Below, in pieces: positions 39,013-48,990 of a stretch of DNA of 64,000 bases (position 1 is its first letter; the number at the start of each line of letters is the position of its first letter). Below the pieces are notes generated by a model. It was not told the DNA's origin, made no database searches, and saw only the letters and a list, made by a program, of their open reading frames with translations. Position numbers and translations under genes: made by a program. Origin of the DNA: Patescibacteria group bacterium (lineage in GTDB: Bacteria > Patescibacteriota > Minisyncoccia > Phycocordibacterales > UBA918); NCBI GenBank assembly GCA_040386275.1, contig JAZKFU010000005.1:7378-71377 (forward strand), written 5' to 3'.

Positions 39013-39260
39013 TGCAAAAGTGCAATCTATTTAATAGATTGCACTTTTGCACAAATTTACTACGTAGCACGCCTTTTGCGTGATATGTAGTAAATCGCTT
39101 ACTTTGAATTGATTTAAATCATCAAGTGATTACCTGACTTTATTAGAGAGATTTAACCAGATTACATTTCTACTATCTAGATGTAGTAAATACCTTAATG
39201 ACACTTTTCGTGTCATCTAGTGTATTTCCAGGGCTCAAGACCATGGCTCGATACAACACC
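39013..39260. repeat. Cluster of inverted repeats (candidate element origin/operator)
   Basis: Perfect 19-bp IR TGCAAAAGTGCAATCTATT (39013-39051), followed by several consecutive hairpins. Confidence 0.6.
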
Positions 39261-39853
39261 TATCGGCCAAATCTAGCTTTGCAATCGTCTACTTTTTCTT
39301 TAATTCTTTTTTCTACCAGACCATCTGCCCTGAAAGACTCTGCGTCTTTTAGACAAAGTGTGTAAAGCGTTGCTTTGTCGTTTACTCTAAAGATACCAAT
39401 ATCCTTAACGTCAGAAAAGGAAATACTGGAAGTAGATTGGACTTGAGGTGACAGAACTGTTGTGTCACCACTCACAGCGTAAACTTCGTTGTTAGATATT
39501 AAATATACATATCCAGCATTTGGTGAAGCGATAGCTCCTATCCAAACTATTACTCCATCTCCAATCGGATTTTGATAGACGTCAATATACGACTTACCGA
39601 TACCCAATCTGTCCCAGAAAGCATCGTCGATTGTGGCATAGACTTTCTCAATAGCAGCTTCTCTTTCCTTTTTATTAGTTATTCTTACAACTGGATTTGC
39701 TTCAGGTAGATTCCAATTCTCAGTATCGAGTACTTCAGCTACTGGTTTTTGTTCTGGTGTAAACATACCCTTAAAGAAAAGTATTCCTAGTATGAACAAA
39801 ACCACTACTAGAATTACTTTGCGGTTCTTACTTTGATTGGTCGCTCCTTCCAT
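39260..39853 (-). CDS. Single-pass membrane hypothetical protein
   Basis: Start at MEGATNQ, TM KVILVVVLFILGILFF. Confidence 0.7.
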   Translation of the reverse strand: MEGATNQSKNRKVILVVVLFILGILFFKGMFTPEQKPVAEVLDTENWNLPEANPVVRITNKKEREAAIEKVYATIDDAFWDRLGIGKSYIDVYQNPIGDGVIVWIGAIASPNAGYVYLISNNEVYAVSGDTTVLSPQVQSTSSISFSDVKDIGIFRVNDKATLYTLCLKDAESFRADGLVEKRIKEKVDDCKARFGR

Positions 39854-39890
39854 ATTAAAAGGCTTAACTTTGTAAGCGCAAGGAGTAACA

Positions 39891-39997
39891 AAAAACTCCC
39901 CGCGAGATGGTGGCATGGCCACCCACTGTCAGTTTCCCAACAGGGCCTACAAAGCATCCCTCGCGAGGAGGTTTTTACTTTGTAGGACTTGCGGCCA
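39891..39997 (-). ncRNA. C4-like antisense RNA with adjacent targets
   Basis: Closing stem 39891-39906/39960-39976; CTGTTGG-GAAA-CTGACAG hairpin; GGTGGC-CAT-GCCACC hairpin; internal CTTTGTAGG complementary to flanking CCTACAAAG; GU pairs favour the minus strand. Confidence 0.6.
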
Positions 39998-40062
39998 TAC
40001 CTCTATCAAGAGATAAAGGGTTAGGCCATTAATATTCAGTTGTCAGCTAATAGTATATCTTT

Positions 40063-40692
40063 TTAAACATTAGTAAATATATTAGGACCAGCAAAGGTAT
40101 ACTCTGCTAAAGATTTAAGAACACTTTTAGAAACCACAACATTTATTGGCATTTCAACAAGTTTTTTTGAATAATAAAAATAGAAGCCATTATGCACACC
40201 TTTTTCAAGTGCGCCTTCAACATCTTTTTTCCTTATTTCTAAAGTCTTCTCACGTAAGGTTTTTGTATCAAACCCATTTTCACTAAGGTACTCACTAATT
40301 TTATTTCTGGACACCAGATATAGCTGTGCGTGTGTAATGTCCGAATGCTTAATGTCCCACTCTTTTTTAGCTCTTAGCCAGACAATCATATAATACTCCG
40401 TTACCTTATCAGTGTCAGTAAACCAGCCCTCAATGACGTCACCTTTGTTTATAAAACTTAACTCAAAGGCAAATGTTGGCAAATCCTTATTTATATAATG
40501 CGTAAGTGTCTTTTCGTCTACTGTTACGTTCTTCAAATCTTTATATGTAAAATGAATATCAATTCCTTTCATTTGTGTTTCCCGGTCGAAATAACGTTTG
40601 ATTTTTGCACCAATCTTAGGATAAACATTGTTATCTAAATAGGTAACAACTTCATTATCGACTTCCATGTCTCGAGTTCGATTTCCATTCAT
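40063..40692 (-). CDS. PD-(D/E)XK-like hypothetical protein
   Basis: Q.KGID...VDEK...PTFAFELSF; follows the MutH-like gene after 3 bp. Confidence 0.6.
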   Translation of the reverse strand: MNGNRTRDMEVDNEVVTYLDNNVYPKIGAKIKRYFDRETQMKGIDIHFTYKDLKNVTVDEKTLTHYINKDLPTFAFELSFINKGDVIEGWFTDTDKVTEYYMIVWLRAKKEWDIKHSDITHAQLYLVSRNKISEYLSENGFDTKTLREKTLEIRKKDVEGALEKGVHNGFYFYYSKKLVEMPINVVVSKSVLKSLAEYTFAGPNIFTNV

Positions 40693-40695
40693 ATA

Positions 40696-41442
40696 TCAAC
40701 TCACAAAATCCTTAAGCTTATCTGGACTTGTCCTCTCGAGATAGCGACGAATCACTTGAGTCATATATGAATTTTTAAGGCGAAAAGCTCTAATCTCAGC
40801 AGGACTTTCACTAAAAGGCTGTGTGGTTTTCGATTTTCTATCGCTGGGGTCTTTAAATGTTCCTCCGTGTTTAGGACATAGTGTGAGGTATTTATGATCT
40901 GACTGGTGGATATGATGTGCGTTGCCAGATTTAATCTTATCTAAAATTAGTAGATAGTCATCATTTAGTTCATTTAAGATAGTGTCGTCCATCCTCCATA
41001 TAAAGACGTATGGGATTATGTATTCGGAACGCGGTTTTGATTCGTCATGTACATACCAAACGAAAAGAATATTCTTGTTCTTTTTTACAAGCGATGACTG
41101 ACTAATCTGAGTATTTTTTGATTCCTCGTTGTAGTTGATTATATTTAGTGAAAGGGGCTCTTTAACTCTCAATTTTCCATCCTTACCCATTTTTAATGCA
41201 CTACTTTTTATCTCCACACCTAAATGCGGTATATCAGCTCCGGCTATATTATTTCTAGACAGACCAAATACTCCTTGTTCAACAAGGTCACCAACTCCAG
41301 CCTTGGAAGACACCCTACTAACATCGTCACTTTTCAGGATTTCTTCAGTTATCTCTTTGAGAGACTTACCTTCAATATAGAATTTAGCGATACGTTCAAG
41401 TTCTTCAATAGACTTAATATCTGCAATGTTGACTAAACCCAT
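40696..41442 (-). CDS. MutH/Sau3AI-family restriction endonuclease (single domain)
   Basis: K.GVG.LVE..FG...N....D...GVEIK, KE.L.L.IINY, G.AH.I, RAF.LK.SY. Confidence 0.85.
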   Translation of the reverse strand: MGLVNIADIKSIEELERIAKFYIEGKSLKEITEEILKSDDVSRVSSKAGVGDLVEQGVFGLSRNNIAGADIPHLGVEIKSSALKMGKDGKLRVKEPLSLNIINYNEESKNTQISQSSLVKKNKNILFVWYVHDESKPRSEYIIPYVFIWRMDDTILNELNDDYLLILDKIKSGNAHHIHQSDHKYLTLCPKHGGTFKDPSDRKSKTTQPFSESPAEIRAFRLKNSYMTQVIRRYLERTSPDKLKDFVS

Positions 41443-41541
41443 ATATTTGATCTTTTATAAAATTGTTGTTGAATAGTAAGAAATCCTTGATCTTTAGCTG
41501 CTGCAATGATAAGATACTAGCATCATATTTTGTCAAACACC

Positions 41542-42801
41542 ATGAGTTCAAAAAAAATTAGAGTAGTTGAATTATTTGCTGGCGTAGGTGGTTTTCGCCT
41601 AGGTTTAGAAGGACACGAGGGAAATAAAAAGCCTCACCACGATACATTTAAAACCGTCTGGTTTAATCAATGGGAACCCGCAACTAAAAGACAACATGCA
41701 CACGAAACGTATGTTCAACGATTTGGCTCTATTGATGAATACACCAATTACGATATCGCTAAAGTGGTAGATAAAGTACCAGAGCATGACTTATTGGTTG
41801 GCGGTTTTCCGTGCCAGGATTATTCGGTTGCTAAGAATCTCTCTGCGTCTGGTGGCATTGAAGGTAAGAAGGGTGTTCTATGGTGGTCAATCTACGATAT
41901 CCTTAAACTTAAAGGTGACAAAGCGCCAAATTACATAATGCTTGAAAACGTTGATAGATTGTTAGTTTCACCAGCTAAACAAAGAGGACGTGACTTTGCA
42001 ATCATCTTGTCATGCTTAAACTCACTCGGCTACGTGGTTGAGTGGCGTGTTATTAATGCTGCAGAGTATGGAATGCCACAACGTCGAAGACGTATATTCA
42101 TATTGGGATATAAAAAGGGTTCAAATATTGAGAAGAGATTCAAGAAGAGTACACCACTAGATTGGCTATCAAAGGACGGTGTAGCACAACAGGCATTTCC
42201 AGCTACGATTCTTAAAAGCGTAGATTCAATCGAGATAAATACAGACCCACTTGAAGTTTCAAAAAGCTTTAATATTGAAAGACCAGCTACGCCACCGTTC
42301 GGAAATGCAGGAGTAATGTGTGACGGCACTGCATTCACCACCAGAGTTGAGTCTGCATACACTGGTAAGTATTCCAAATTAGGGGATTTTACTCTGGCAG
42401 ATAAAGATGTGCCTGAAGAGTACTACATAACTGATGCAAAAGATTTAGAACGATGGAATTATCTGAAAGGTGCTAAAAATGAAGAAAGAAAGGCAGCTAG
42501 TGGATTTCAATTTATCTATAAAGAGGGTGCTGTTGGCTTTCCAGATGCCTTAGATAAGCCTTCTCGCACAATCATTACAAGTGAAGGTGGGTCTACACCA
42601 TCCAGATTTAAGCATGTGATTCAAACAAAGAAGGGATTACGTAGACTAACACCAATTGAACTGGAAAGATTATGTATGTTTCCTGATTATCACACCGTAG
42701 GACATAGTGACACTAAAAGAGCTTTCTTTATGGGCAATGCTTTAGTTGTGGGTGTAATTGATGGGTTCGGGAAAGCCATTTCTGAATTTCATTCTAAATA
42801 G
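41542..42801 (+). CDS. dcm: DNA (cytosine-5) methyltransferase, M.Sau3AI-like
   Basis: ELFAGVGG, GGFPCQD, ENV, Q.R.R.F, R.LTP.E.ERL, MGNA; NQWEP and IEGKKGVLWW are typical of the Sau3AI group. Confidence 0.95.
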   Translation: MSSKKIRVVELFAGVGGFRLGLEGHEGNKKPHHDTFKTVWFNQWEPATKRQHAHETYVQRFGSIDEYTNYDIAKVVDKVPEHDLLVGGFPCQDYSVAKNLSASGGIEGKKGVLWWSIYDILKLKGDKAPNYIMLENVDRLLVSPAKQRGRDFAIILSCLNSLGYVVEWRVINAAEYGMPQRRRRIFILGYKKGSNIEKRFKKSTPLDWLSKDGVAQQAFPATILKSVDSIEINTDPLEVSKSFNIERPATPPFGNAGVMCDGTAFTTRVESAYTGKYSKLGDFTLADKDVPEEYYITDAKDLERWNYLKGAKNEERKAASGFQFIYKEGAVGFPDALDKPSRTIITSEGGSTPSRFKHVIQTKKGLRRLTPIELERLCMFPDYHTVGHSDTKRAFFMGNALVVGVIDGFGKAISEFHSK

Positions 42802-43744
42802 CAAACTGTGGGACTGGTTTCATAAATAAAACCCCTTTGTGCGCTAGCGTAACTTCGCCCGGTTTGGGGTGTGTGCCGCCACCCACTAAGGCTGTGTGTG
42901 ACGCGGTGTGGTGCGGTGTCCGGAACGGAGGCATCGAATTCAGTAAGTTCTCGGCATTGCCTGCCAATGAATGAATTGATCCGACTGCCAAAGTTTCCTC
43001 TCGAGACAGAGGCGGCAAGATACCCTGAAAAGCTCGGGCTAACATGGTTTTACCCGTGCCCGGTGGACCGACCAGCATAACATTGTGTCGTCCAGCGGCA
43101 GCAATAATCAGGGCTCGCTTGGCCGACTCTTGCCCTTTAATATCTTCTAAGAGTATCGCGCTGTCGTACCAATGGTTTTGGATTACCGTGGTGGGAGTGT
43201 CTGTAATTTTTTTATGATCAGGATGCGTGTGGTCGATATGAAAAATAACTTCTTGTAAATTTTTGGCTGCACAAATACTCACGCCTTCAATCATAGCTGC
43301 CTCTGCTTGATTTTCAAAGGGTACGATGACCTCGGTAAATCCATGCTGCTTGGCAGTTTGTACCATGGATAATACTCCTCGTACGGCACGGAGTTCCCCA
43401 CTTAACCCCAGCTCTCCAATAAAGATTCGTTTAGTAGCATTACTACTTATGAGTCCAGCGGTCAATAAATACGCAATGGCAATCGGTAAATCAAAGAGTG
43501 GTCCCTCTTTTTTTAAATCGGCGGGAGCTAGAGAAATTACAATTTTCTGGTTCTTACTTTTAGGAGAATCATACCCACTATGTTTGATAGCGGTACTGAC
43601 TCGGTCTTTAGCTTCTTCAATGGCCTTGCCTGCTAATCCCACAATTGAAAATGAATGCAGTCCTAAACTTAAGTCGGCTTCAATACTAACGACAGTTCCC
43701 CCAAGTACGTGTCCTTGCACTGTATATACTTGGGTGATACTCAT
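42794..43744 (-). pseudogene. comM: comM 5' fragment (307 native codons plus att-derived tail)
   Basis: IVGL, LAPADLKKEG..FDLPIA, GPPGTGKTML, PFR.PHH.AS, PGEVTLAHKGVLF. Confidence 0.92.
42801..42835. other. Right attachment junction
   Basis: TGTGGGAC arm, N16 with central AT (42822-23) and core CATAA, then comM-derived ACCCC. Confidence 0.85.
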
Positions 43745-43750
43745 AACCAG

Positions 43751-44128
43751 TTATGGTAACGGCAAATCAAACTCAGTCTCCATATGCTGGGTGCACGTAC
43801 GTGCGGCAGGGTTTGCTTCGAGTCTGCCTAATTCAATCGCCTCGCCGGCAATTTCACATATGCCGTAGGTACCATTCTTACATTTTTCTAGTGCATGTTG
43901 TATGAGGTGATAGCGATTTTCTAGTTCAGCTACAATAGCTATTCGTTCATCAGCTTCTTCTGAATTATCAGCCTGACTATTTACATCTGCTTCGGTTACA
44001 TCAAAGTCATAAGTTTTAATGATCCAATCTTGAGACTCTTCATCAAGGATAGCGAGGTCTTGTAGTTGTGCAGTAACGTCTTGTAATTGCATCGTTAGTA
44101 TCTCTTGGTATTTTTGTAAATGATCCAT
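43751..44128 (-). CDS. TraR/DksA-family protein
   Basis: GTYGICE..GE.I..RLEANPAA.TC. Confidence 0.85.
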   Translation of the reverse strand: MDHLQKYQEILTMQLQDVTAQLQDLAILDEESQDWIIKTYDFDVTEADVNSQADNSEEADERIAIVAELENRYHLIQHALEKCKNGTYGICEIAGEAIELGRLEANPAARTCTQHMETEFDLPLP

Positions 44129-44162
44129 ATACCACTATGGTAGCACACTGTAATGTTATGTA

Positions 44163-45998
44163 TTAGGGGGTGGGAAAATTAGCAACCAAGAACATAAAAG
44201 AATCGGTGTCGCTCGTGATAATAATGGTGGTTTCAGAAATAAAGCCATACACCAATACTTCGTCACCCTCATTATTCTTGAGAATGCGTACATCGCGGGT
44301 GCCGCTAATGCCGTCAGTAAATGTATTGGCGGTACCTATAGTGTTGGGGTTAAAAATAGGACTTAGGTTTGAGGCCATGGTAGTTTCCCATTGGAGCATT
44401 CCACCCAGGGCGGTAATAGCGTCGAGAACTGATAAGGTTACCCACGGCTCACTTTGATATCCACCAAACCGGACTTCGGTCACTGTTTCTTTAAAATCAA
44501 ATACTACCGGAGCGTTAGTGAAACTGAAAAAATCATCAGGACTGACTACGGCATTAGTGGCACTATTAATAAAAGTAATTTCAAACAAATCATTGGTGGT
44601 GACGAGTTGGTTTCTTAGTTCGGTAAATAACGCATCACTTGAAGCGATAACTGTCGGACTCGGAGCAATACTACTTGAGTCAAACGTGGTGGTTACCTCA
44701 GTTAATTCCACGGGCGCAATTTCTGCGGTGTTTGAGTTTTGTAAATAACTGCGCAAACTTAATCCCGTCACTACCACAAAAAGTAATACTCCAAAGGAAA
44801 TAAATACCAATTGATTGGTTTGGGTCATCACATCAATAAACGAACGACGAGGGGTTCGCGGTGGAGCAAACTGCCGTTCAGGTGTTCCCTTTTCAGCTCG
44901 AGGCGTAGCCGGGTCTGTATACTCTGAATCAAAAACCGACGGTGGATTAGAGGGGGTTACGTTATTGGTAATGATAGTTGATGGAGTGGGAGCAGGTACA
45001 AAATTTGGTGTGCTTGCGGGCACGACGGGAGTAATTTTTGGTCGAGACGGAGTAATTGGTGTGATAGCTGGTTGTTCGTGTACCGTAGTAATCGGTAGTG
45101 CCGATTGGGTCTTTGTTGCAGGCGTTGTTTTTACCGGTTCTGGTTCAGTGACGGTAATGGCTTTTGCAGCCACTGCCGGTACTGCTTCAATTTTTTTAAC
45201 AGTTTCTGCTGCGGTAGTGACGGGTTTATGTGCAACTGCTGAAATTATTGGAATTGAAGCATTATGAATATGAGAGGGTGATTCGGTAGCGTTGGTATGA
45301 ATAGTTGAAACGGCCGGTTCGGGTGTCGTTTGAATTTTTTGAGTGACAAGTCCCACCGCTGGTTTTTTGGGTACTGAAGTTGCTTCGTGACCTGATTCCC
45401 AGGTCGGAGTCGTTGCATGAGTAGCCGTTGTAGAAACGAGTGGGCTTGGAGTGTTATGTGGGACTTGTTTAGCAGCTTTAATTCTTGATACCACTGCCGC
45501 ATGATCGGCAGTTGATTCACGACCGGTTTTTGTCGTCGCTTTTTGAATAACTCCTTTACGTCGTTCTGCTGAAGCGACAGTATATTTAGGTAATTTCCGT
45601 TTGCGCGCTTCTTCTTTTTTGGTGTGCCACCACTGCGACATCGACTCCCCGAGAGCCTCGGTTAAAGAAAATCGCTTTCGTTTTGTGTCGGTAATAATTA
45701 CAGCCGGTAAGGATTCAGTGGTAGTTTTAGATTTAGTACTATTGGCACTAATAATCTGCTGTGCTTTAACGGTTGATTCACTAACGGGTGCAGCGATAAC
45801 CGGAGCAGCGTCTTTGTGGGCATGGGTAAAGGTATGAAACGGAGGGATAACTCCTGATGAAGCGGCTGCTACTGGCGGGGCAGTTTTAACGGGGGTTTTT
45901 TGTGCGGTATGGTCACTACCGTCAACGCGGTTCGCTGATAAATCAGTCGCAAACGTGCGCATTTTAGGGAGAGTCTTCGCCGTGTCGTTTGTAGTCAT
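44163..45998 (-). CDS. Membrane protein with long Pro/Thr-rich cytoplasmic region
   Basis: MRTF..DL N-terminus, single TM, C-terminal GML.WE and D.RIL..LVYGF domain. Confidence 0.75.
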   Translation of the reverse strand: MTTNDTAKTLPKMRTFATDLSANRVDGSDHTAQKTPVKTAPPVAAASSGVIPPFHTFTHAHKDAAPVIAAPVSESTVKAQQIISANSTKSKTTTESLPAVIITDTKRKRFSLTEALGESMSQWWHTKKEEARKRKLPKYTVASAERRKGVIQKATTKTGRESTADHAAVVSRIKAAKQVPHNTPSPLVSTTATHATTPTWESGHEATSVPKKPAVGLVTQKIQTTPEPAVSTIHTNATESPSHIHNASIPIISAVAHKPVTTAAETVKKIEAVPAVAAKAITVTEPEPVKTTPATKTQSALPITTVHEQPAITPITPSRPKITPVVPASTPNFVPAPTPSTIITNNVTPSNPPSVFDSEYTDPATPRAEKGTPERQFAPPRTPRRSFIDVMTQTNQLVFISFGVLLFVVVTGLSLRSYLQNSNTAEIAPVELTEVTTTFDSSSIAPSPTVIASSDALFTELRNQLVTTNDLFEITFINSATNAVVSPDDFFSFTNAPVVFDFKETVTEVRFGGYQSEPWVTLSVLDAITALGGMLQWETTMASNLSPIFNPNTIGTANTFTDGISGTRDVRILKNNEGDEVLVYGFISETTIIITSDTDSFMFLVANFPTP

Positions 45999-46063
45999 AT
46001 ACTACTCTATAGTATCTCATGTTTTAGTAATTATTTTCAGTCTACCTCTGTGAGTCTGGATAG

Positions 46064-46101
46064 AACAATACACCGTGCCAAAGCGGCACGGTGTATTGTT
46101 C
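46064..46101 (-). terminator. pnp terminator
   Basis: AACAATACACCGTGCC-AAAGC-GGCACGGTGTATTGTT. Confidence 0.75.
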
Positions 46102-46116
46102 AGTTGAAACGAATAA

Positions 46117-48237
46117 CTACAGTGAGGACGAAGCGTTGGTTGCGAGAAAGTGAGGGTTAATTTTCTTAATGGATAGTCCAATTTTTCCTTCATCAATTTT
46201 CACAACAGCCACCATCACTTTATCCCCTGGTTTGAGAATACCCTCGAGCGATTCGAGTCGCTCAGGTATAACTTCAGAAATATGAATTAGTCCTTCATGG
46301 TAGGTATCGAGTCGAGCAAAGGCGCCAAAAGCAGTAATTTTTGTGATTTCTACTTCAACAATATCCCCCACCGCGTACACTTTTGTCATGGCGGTGATTA
46401 TGGCGGCGGCTGTTTGGGTGGCTATGTTCGTGCCTGTTATATAGACGATCCCCGAGTCTTCAATGGTAATTTCGTCTACTCCTGATTCGTCTTTTATTTT
46501 ATTAATGGTCTTGCCCCCGCCCCCAATAACCAACCCAATTTGTTCCGGGAGAATATGCACCATTGTGATATGCGGAGCCCGTGGTGAAATCTGGCTTTGG
46601 GGCATAGGAATAGTAGCGACTAATGTCTCTAGAATTTGTAACCGAGCCAACCGGGCTTTTTCTAACGCACCGTGTAAAATTTCAATCGATACCCCTTTTA
46701 CCTTTACATCCATTTGAATAGCGGTAATGCCTTCACTTGTTCCGGCTACTTTAAAATCCATATCCCCGTGTTCATCTTCTGGTCCTTGAATATCAGTCAG
46801 TAACACGTATGAACTCTCTCCCATCATGACGCCCGAAGCAATCCCCGCTACGTGGCACTTCATCGGTACTCCCCCATCAAATAACGCAAGAGAGCTGGCG
46901 CATACCGAAGCCATCGAACTGGAGCCGTTGCTCGACATTGTTTCAGATACTAAACGAATCGTATACGGAAAATCCGCTTGGGCGGGTAGTAACGGCACGA
47001 GGGCTTTTTCGGCGAGCGCCCCGTGTCCAATCATGCGCCGGTTAAATCCACCCACTCTTCCCGTCTCCCCGACACTGTAGGGTGGGAAGTTATAGTGATG
47101 CATAAAACGTTTACTAAAATTTTTGTCTTCTACGCTATCAATAATTTGGGCACTATCAGGACCACCCAAGGTAAGGGCGGAAAACACGTGGGTCTCACCA
47201 CGGTAAAAAATACCACTGCCGTGTAGTACTGGCGAAATTCCACCCGCTTGAGCATGGAGGGGTCTCACTTCATCCAACGCTCGTCCGTCGGCTCGCAAAC
47301 CCGAGGCTGCTCCACTATGGAGCACGTCGTTTATTTTTTCGTCAAAGTAATCTTTACTATGAACGGGAGATAATGTGGCGTCGAGTGCAGCGACAGCAGT
47401 TATAAATTCTTTCCCTAAGGCTACTATATGGTTTTTGCCTGATTGTTTAGAAAATACCGTCTCCCATAAACGATGAGAAAATTGACTAGCGTACAGTTCT
47501 TCCACCGCGGGCGCAATAGCTGTAGCGGTAATCCTTCGCTTTGGTTTACCAATCTGGGAAATAATATTTTTTTGGAAAACTTCAAGGACGGCATGAAAAT
47601 TAATCGCTCCCTCAAGTACTGCGAGTACGTCCCCTTCTTGTACTTCGTCGCCGCTTACTTCAATCATATTTATCGTGCCCTCTAACCCACACGCCACTAC
47701 TTCAAACTCCATTGCTCCTACCGGTCGCTCAATGTAGGTTGGATTAATGTAGAGCGCACCGGTAACTTTGTTGCGACTAATCCGAACGGCTCCGACGGGT
47801 CCTCCCCACGGAATATCAGAAATACCAAGTGCTAGTGAGGCGCCAATAATTCCGAGAATATCGGGATCGTCTTCACCTAACGCAAGCACGGTGATAACCA
47901 CTTGAACATCATGCCGAAGGTGAGATGGAAAGAGTGGACGAATGGTACGATCAATTAAGCGAGCAGACAACACCGCTTCGTCACTCGGCTTGCCTTCACG
48001 GCGACTAAAGCGACTTCCCATAATTGCACCGGCTGCATAAAATTTTTCTTCAAACTCAACTGACAACGGAAAGTATGGAAGTGCCGGTTGTGTGTGGTCA
48101 CTCATGACTGCAGTAGCCAAGACTACCGTCTCTCCCAATTTCACCATCACTGAACCCCCAGCCTGACTGGTGAGGTCGGTATGTTCTACGATTAATGTTT
48201 TTCCGGCGAGTGGTAATTCAAAAATTTGTTTTTTCAT
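46117..48237 (-). CDS. pnp: Polyribonucleotide nucleotidyltransferase
   Basis: RL.DR.IRPLF, FMHHYNFPP.S, SNGSSSMAS.C, GDMDFKVAG, KH and S1 domains. Confidence 0.97.
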   Translation of the reverse strand: MKKQIFELPLAGKTLIVEHTDLTSQAGGSVMVKLGETVVLATAVMSDHTQPALPYFPLSVEFEEKFYAAGAIMGSRFSRREGKPSDEAVLSARLIDRTIRPLFPSHLRHDVQVVITVLALGEDDPDILGIIGASLALGISDIPWGGPVGAVRISRNKVTGALYINPTYIERPVGAMEFEVVACGLEGTINMIEVSGDEVQEGDVLAVLEGAINFHAVLEVFQKNIISQIGKPKRRITATAIAPAVEELYASQFSHRLWETVFSKQSGKNHIVALGKEFITAVAALDATLSPVHSKDYFDEKINDVLHSGAASGLRADGRALDEVRPLHAQAGGISPVLHGSGIFYRGETHVFSALTLGGPDSAQIIDSVEDKNFSKRFMHHYNFPPYSVGETGRVGGFNRRMIGHGALAEKALVPLLPAQADFPYTIRLVSETMSSNGSSSMASVCASSLALFDGGVPMKCHVAGIASGVMMGESSYVLLTDIQGPEDEHGDMDFKVAGTSEGITAIQMDVKVKGVSIEILHGALEKARLARLQILETLVATIPMPQSQISPRAPHITMVHILPEQIGLVIGGGGKTINKIKDESGVDEITIEDSGIVYITGTNIATQTAAAIITAMTKVYAVGDIVEVEITKITAFGAFARLDTYHEGLIHISEVIPERLESLEGILKPGDKVMVAVVKIDEGKIGLSIKKINPHFLATNASSSL

Positions 48238-48387
48238 TATGTAATGCTTAAAGGCGAGTCAGACACGTTTCAGATTTCAAAAGAGAAACCTACCTACGTA
48301 TCAAACTCGTAACGAATAATGGGGTGAGTATATCAAAAAAACGTGCCCGCTGTGTAAAGACTGCGGGCACGTTTTATCGTAAAAAAG

Positions 48388-48990
48388 TTAGGCGAGAAAA
48401 TCGGTATCCGTGCCCACCACTTTATTAATTTGTAATTTTAATGATGAAGATTTTTCTCGTTTATGACCTTTTGATTTTCCACCTTTATACCCGATTAAAT
48501 ACTCACTCGGGTTTTCGTCGAGGTCAATAAAGTCGTCAACAACTTCTCGTAATTTTCCCGAGGCGGAGCGACCAAACGTCACGGCTTCAACTTGGCACCC
48601 CTGACTTTTTACATATTCAACCAACGGAATAAAATCTCCATCTCCCGTCACTAAAATAATGGCATCAACTTTGTGGGCCATCTTAATAGCATCAACGGCC
48701 ATCCCAACATCCCAGTCAGCTTTTTTGGCTCCACCGTAAAAAATTTGTAAATCTTTCGTTTTAATTTCGATACCTACTTTTTCAAGCGCATCAAAGAATG
48801 CTGACTCCTCTCCCCCTTCCGTATTTACAACATATGACAGTGCGCGCACTAAGCGACGGTTACCTAACGCTGCGTGCACTACTGCTCCAAAATTTACTTT
48901 AGACTTGTATAAATTTTTAGCACTGTGATAGAGGTTTTGCGTATCAATAAAAATTGCTACCCGTTGATCGTCATGTCGTATTACTCCCAT
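48388..48990 (-). CDS. NYN domain (LabA/DUF88) protein
   Basis: FID.QNLY, K.DWDV..A.D, GDGDF.PLV. Confidence 0.92.
   Translation of the reverse strand: MGVIRHDDQRVAIFIDTQNLYHSAKNLYKSKVNFGAVVHAALGNRRLVRALSYVVNTEGGEESAFFDALEKVGIEIKTKDLQIFYGGAKKADWDVGMAVDAIKMAHKVDAIILVTGDGDFIPLVEYVKSQGCQVEAVTFGRSASGKLREVVDDFIDLDENPSEYLIGYKGGKSKGHKREKSSSLKLQINKVVGTDTDFLA

Larger units (their letters stand above)
30463..42823. mobile_element. Serine-recombinase integrative element inserted in comM (~12.36 kb)
   Basis: Splits comM in frame; CATAA duplicated at both ends; GTCCCACA/TGTGGGAC inverted arms; encodes a large serine recombinase, an AAA_25 helicase and RM/defence cargo; looks AT-richer than its flanks. 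Confidence 0.92.

Noticed and set aside
39854-39922. N-terminal extension of the 39260 ORF (MAMPPSR...)
   Set aside because: It runs through the C4-like RNA stem. The start at 39853 gives a normal membrane-anchor N-terminus.
30496-42801. Alternative genetic code (TGA=Gly/Trp) for the element or host
   Set aside because: Long genes read fully in code 11, and TGA serves as a normal stop with gene overlaps (e.g. recombinase, MutH-like, sigma factor). Only one suspicious TGA was found.
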